Shown: piece by piece, positions 60,165 to 64,000 of the stretch | Position numbering within the stretch: position 1 is the stretch's first letter | Layout of the letters: every line of letters starts with the position of its first letter | Assembly: GCA_963804165.1 (NCBI GenBank) | Contig: CAWDPO010000014.1 | Coordinates: 64,001-128,000 of the forward strand | Direction: 5' to 3' | DNA: 64,000 bases | Source: an uncultured delta proteobacterium | GTDB lineage: Bacteria; Desulfobacterota; Binatia; UBA9968 | Program-made: the position numbers and the translations under genes | The notes under the pieces: generated by a model | Databases searched by the model: none | What the model saw: only the letters and a program-made list of their open reading frames with translations | What the model was told of the DNA's origin: nothing

Positions 60165-61256
60165 ATGAAACCAGTACTCATGCTCGCGTTCGTGCTTGTT
60201 GGGTCTACCACCGCGTGGGCCCAGACCAAGGCGAGCGAAAAAGAATGGGCCGCGGTCATTGAAGCCGCCAAGAAAGAGGGCAAGATCGTCGTTGCCGGTT
60301 CTCCCGACCCGGTGATGCGCAACGACGTGATCCCCAAATTCACCGCGCGCTTTGGCATTCCAGTGGAATTCGTTGCGGGACGTTCAAGCCAAATTGTTTC
60401 GCGTGTGCAGACCGAACGGGGTTCAGGCATTTACAGCATCGACGTTTATCTTGCCGGCCCCGACACCAGCGCGAACGAACTCTACAACGACAAGTTGATC
60501 GACCCGCTGAGACCCTTGATCGTCATGCCGGAAGTGGCCGATGGCTCGAAATGGAAAACCGGCAAAGTTTGGTTCGCTGATCCGCAGGAACAATTCATCG
60601 TGCGCGCGTTCAACAGCGTGGCGACGTGGCTCTTCATCAATACGGATCATGTCAAACCCGAGGAGGTGCGCCACGTCAAGGATCTGATCCATCCCAAGTG
60701 GCGCGGCAAGATTTCCACCGAAGATCCGACGACGACCGGCGCGGGCGCCAACATGGCAGCGCGCCTGTACTTTCAAGTCGGCGAAGAGTATGTGAAGAAT
60801 CTTTACGTCGACCAAAAAACCGTGCGCACCCGCGAACGCCGCCAGATGACCGATTGGCTGGCGCGCGGCACGCAGCCGATTTGTCTCAACTGCCGAGAAG
60901 ACGATGTCCGGCCGCTGGTCAAAGACGGGTTTAAGATCCTAGAAATATTTGAATTCAGCGGCGTCCCGAGCACAATCAACGGTTCGCCGTGGATGTTATC
61001 CTTGGCCAACAGGGCGCCGCACCCAAAGGCGGCTCAAGTTTTCGCCAACTGGATTCTTTCCAAGGAAGGGCTGGAGACCTACGCGAGAGGTTACGGGTCG
61101 GCGACTCTCCGCACGGACATCGATGAATCATTTCTCAATCCCGGCAATGTGCCGAAGAAGGGCGTTAAATATTTCGACGACACGGAATGGAAATGGATCG
61201 TCACCGGGCGCCATGAGAATCGGGATAAAGTATGGCAACTCTTGAAGGCGCGCTAA
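60165..61256 (+). CDS. ABC substrate-binding protein (Fe3+/thiamine/polyamine class)
   Basis: AAKKEGKIVV, DLIHPKWRGKI, APHPKAAQVFANWILSKEG. Confidence 0.92.
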   Translation: MKPVLMLAFVLVGSTTAWAQTKASEKEWAAVIEAAKKEGKIVVAGSPDPVMRNDVIPKFTARFGIPVEFVAGRSSQIVSRVQTERGSGIYSIDVYLAGPDTSANELYNDKLIDPLRPLIVMPEVADGSKWKTGKVWFADPQEQFIVRAFNSVATWLFINTDHVKPEEVRHVKDLIHPKWRGKISTEDPTTTGAGANMAARLYFQVGEEYVKNLYVDQKTVRTRERRQMTDWLARGTQPICLNCREDDVRPLVKDGFKILEIFEFSGVPSTINGSPWMLSLANRAPHPKAAQVFANWILSKEGLETYARGYGSATLRTDIDESFLNPGNVPKKGVKYFDDTEWKWIVTGRHENRDKVWQLLKAR

Positions 61257-61262
61257 GCGCGC

Positions 61263-61377
61263 GGTTCAATTCGTTCAAGCCGTTCAGAACGTTTCAGTTG
61301 TGTAAACATCTCGGGGAAACAATTGAACGGGGCCTTCGGAAAATCAACGGTTTGAACGGATTGAACGTTTTGAACGA
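61263..61377. repeat. 9-mer inverted tandem repeat (GTTCAA.../...TTGAAC)
   Basis: GGTTCAATTCGTTCAAGCCGTTCAG ... TTTGAACGGATTGAACGTTTTGAACG. Confidence 0.65.
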
Positions 61378-61409
61378 TAGATATCAACAGTAAGAAAGGC
61401 AGGAAGGTC

Positions 61410-62348
61410 ATGGCTACAAAGAAAAAAATCAGAATCTACTATCGGGCGCCGAGTCACGTGCCGCTGTGGAAAGTGATGGAGGAAGGCGGGTTTTTGGAGA
61501 AGCACGGCTTGGAAATGGAAATGGGCTCGCTCGAGGGACAGCGCAAGCGCGCGGCTGAAGGACTTAAGGCGGGCGACCTCGACGTGGTGTCGGGCAACCA
61601 CCATAATTTATATGCGCGCAAGGCGCTCTACGGCGATCCTTACGTGCACATCGCGCAGAGCAACAACGCCTGGCGGGAAGATTATCTCGTCTGCGGCAAG
61701 GGCGTTAATGGCTTGGCCGATTTAAAGAGCAAACGCGTGGCGATGGATGATTACGACGGCCACACCGGATTGAATGTCTGGCTGTACCTCAAGCAGCACG
61801 GGCTGGAAGAAGGACGGGATGTCGAACTGGTGACCGATCCCGTCAAAGGCGCCGATCGCGCCAAAGCGGTGGTGGACGGCAAATACGACGCGACTTTCAT
61901 TCGCGCCGTCGATCGACTGCGCGCGCTTAAATTCGGCGCGAAGATTATCGAGGTACCGCCGATGGCGATGATCGAGGGAGTGACACTCACGACGACGACC
62001 ACGTATGTGAGTCAGCATGAAGAGGAGTGCCGATCACTGATCATGGCGCTGATTGACGGCATTCATTTTTTCAAAACCAAGAAGGCCGACACCCTCACTA
62101 TTATCAAAAAACATTGCTCGCAGCTGCTCAAGATGCACGACGACGAAGAGTGGAACTGTTTCTATGACACCCAGTCCGAATCGCTGGAGAAAGCGCCGTA
62201 TCCGTCCATCGAGGCCATCCAAAATGTCTTCGCTCTCGGCGTGAAACGCGATCCGGAGATCAAGGAATTCAACCCCTTGGCGTTGTGGGACCTGCACTAC
62301 GTTAAAGAGATAGATGACAGCGGTTACATTCGTCGTTTGTACGCGTAA
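61410..62348 (+). CDS. NMT1/SsuA-fold binding protein lacking an obvious signal peptide
   Basis: PLWKVMEEGGFLEKHGLE, EIDDSGYIRRLY; N-terminus MATKKKIRIYY has no hydrophobic core. Confidence 0.85.
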   Translation: MATKKKIRIYYRAPSHVPLWKVMEEGGFLEKHGLEMEMGSLEGQRKRAAEGLKAGDLDVVSGNHHNLYARKALYGDPYVHIAQSNNAWREDYLVCGKGVNGLADLKSKRVAMDDYDGHTGLNVWLYLKQHGLEEGRDVELVTDPVKGADRAKAVVDGKYDATFIRAVDRLRALKFGAKIIEVPPMAMIEGVTLTTTTTYVSQHEEECRSLIMALIDGIHFFKTKKADTLTIIKKHCSQLLKMHDDEEWNCFYDTQSESLEKAPYPSIEAIQNVFALGVKRDPEIKEFNPLALWDLHYVKEIDDSGYIRRLYA

Positions 62349-62381
62349 CAAACCTGGCAAGAAAGCGAATAGGATTCCAAG

Positions 62382-63455
62382 ATGTCCACGAGCACGAACC
62401 CGCAACCGATCAATCTTTTTGAATTCGAAGAAATTGCCAGACAACGTCTACCCAAAGAGGAGTACGACTATATCGCCGGCGGCGCCACCGATGAGATCAG
62501 CGTCGATCGGAATCGCCGGGCCTTTGCTTCTTGGGCCCTTCGGCCGCGCGTGTTGCGCGATGTGAGTGCGTTGGATTTGTCCACAACGGTGCTTGGCACG
62601 AAGGTGAACTTGCCGGTGTTGATCGCACCGTGTGGTGGCCACAAGCGCGCGCACCCCGAGGGCGAGGTCGCCACCTATCGCGCCGCGACCGCCTGCGGCA
62701 CCGTCTTTGCCGTTAGCGCTAATTCAAATACATCCTTCGAAGATTTGGCGAAAGCTGCGCGCGGCCATCTTTGGGTGCAGCTCTATCCGTTCCGCGATAA
62801 GGCCATGACTCAAGACTGGTTGGATCGGGCAAAAGACGCGGGGTTCGAAGCGGCCATTGTCACACTCGACTCGCAGTGGCCGCCCAAGCGCGAGCGCAAT
62901 ATTCGCAACAACTATCGCCGCACGCGCGGCGTGAACTACCCTAAGGCCAACGGGGAGACACCGAGACCCGCTGGCAGAGCCGGTGAAGGATCCGATCCTG
63001 CAGCGACATGGAAAGATTTGGAATGGATCAAATCGGCAACCGAGCTTCCGGTTGTCGCCAAGGGCGTGTTGACGGGCGAGGATGTCGAGCTTTGCGCCGA
63101 AGTCGGCGCCGACGGCGTCATCGTTTCCAATCACGGCGGCCGTCACTTGGACAACACTCTGGCGACGATCGAAGTTTTGTCCGAGGCCGTCGCCGCGGCC
63201 AAGGGTAAATTGGAAATCTATCTCGACGGCGGCATCCGGCGCGGCGCCGATGTCGTCAAAGCACTTGCTATGGGCGCCAAAGCCGTCTTCATCGGCCGGC
63301 CGCTCTTTTGGGGTCTCGCCGTCGACGGTGAAAAAGGCGTGGTTCGCGTATTAGACATTCTGCGCGAGGAAATCGAGATCACGATGGCGAAGTGCGGCCG
63401 GCCGACCGTTTCCGCCATCGATTCTACGGTGGTGGCCAAGGCACCCCGGCTGTAG
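62382..63455 (+). CDS. FMN-dependent alpha-hydroxy acid oxidase/dehydrogenase
   Basis: YDYIAGGA, LRPRVL, VSNHGGRHLD, DGGIRRGADVVKALAMGA. Confidence 0.95.
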   Translation: MSTSTNPQPINLFEFEEIARQRLPKEEYDYIAGGATDEISVDRNRRAFASWALRPRVLRDVSALDLSTTVLGTKVNLPVLIAPCGGHKRAHPEGEVATYRAATACGTVFAVSANSNTSFEDLAKAARGHLWVQLYPFRDKAMTQDWLDRAKDAGFEAAIVTLDSQWPPKRERNIRNNYRRTRGVNYPKANGETPRPAGRAGEGSDPAATWKDLEWIKSATELPVVAKGVLTGEDVELCAEVGADGVIVSNHGGRHLDNTLATIEVLSEAVAAAKGKLEIYLDGGIRRGADVVKALAMGAKAVFIGRPLFWGLAVDGEKGVVRVLDILREEIEITMAKCGRPTVSAIDSTVVAKAPRL

Positions 63456-63510
63456 GTAACTCCTCGGTGTTAAGCCAGGGCTTATCTTTCAATGGTGTTG
63501 GCCGGCTTTG

Positions 63511-64000
63511 ATGGACAAGGTCACTGGAAAATTAGCTGAATACGCTTCGTCCGCGCGCTACGAAGACCTACGCGACGGCACTGTGCATGCCGCGATCCAG
63601 CGGCTAATCGATTCTCTTGCCTGCGCGCTCGGCGCCTACGATTGCGAACCTGCGCAAATCGGCCGGCGACTCGCCATCGGGCAGACGGCGGGGAAGTATC
63701 CCGGCCGGGTGCTCTGCTATGGTGACATTTTGCCGGCGGAATCCGCCACGTTCATTAACGCGGCGATGATCCGCAATCTCGACTTCAACGACCGCTATCC
63801 CGGTGGGCATCCGAGCGATTGTCTGGGCGCGCTATTGGCTTTGGCGGGCGCGACAAAGCTCGACGGTAAACGCCTGCTTACGAGCATGATCGTCGTTTAC
63901 GAAATTTTTGCACGCTTGAGCGACGCGACAATGCTCAGCCGGCACGGTTGGGATCAAGGTTATGCCATCGGCATCGCCACCGCAGCGGGAGTCTGTAATC
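63511..64000 (+). CDS. MmgE/PrpD family protein (3'-truncated by window edge; absent from ORF track)
   Basis: MDKVTGKLAEYA...LIDSLACALGA...ATFINAAMIRNLDFNDRYPGGHPSD. Confidence 0.9.
   Translation, partial: MDKVTGKLAEYASSARYEDLRDGTVHAAIQRLIDSLACALGAYDCEPAQIGRRLAIGQTAGKYPGRVLCYGDILPAESATFINAAMIRNLDFNDRYPGGHPSDCLGALLALAGATKLDGKRLLTSMIVVYEIFARLSDATMLSRHGWDQGYAIGIATAAGVCN

Overview
GC-rich bacterial window. Gene style and intergenic repeat families suggest a Binatia/Deltaproteobacteria-like soil organism (inference only). Many single-base frameshifts in otherwise intact genes look like long-read indel errors. The standout region is 3.6-14 kb. An unannotated 86-aa AhpD/CMD-like selenoprotein gene (C-D-P-TGA = CxxU, followed by a SECIS-like hairpin) occurs six times in direct orientation: 2 full-length copies and 4 partial or decayed ones. 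Each interval between copies holds different co-oriented cargo: RAYT remnant plus bimodular NRPS, BrnT/BrnA-like TA, RelE/Phd TA, a GFA gene with integron-cassette core sites, and a GT-C/PMT-like glycosyltransferase. This resembles a gene-accretion array that uses a selenoprotein gene as its repeat or attachment unit; no integrase is seen in the window. The 15.8-29.4 kb region is an apparently exported catabolic cluster: 2 amidohydrolases, 2 atypical MBL hydrolases, three tandem ThDP enzymes with twin-arginine signal peptides, and a cytochrome c, separated by octamer inverted-repeat hairpins. Next come a tripartite tricarboxylate transporter locus, tRNA-Val(CAC), and a long aromatic-acid catabolic region (4 Rieske oxygenase alpha subunits, 2 UbiD, 2 ComDE-like pairs, Mo-hydroxylase large subunit, LigB-like, RraA/HMG aldolase, other aldolases, many solute-binding proteins, FMN hydroxy-acid oxidase, MmgE/PrpD).
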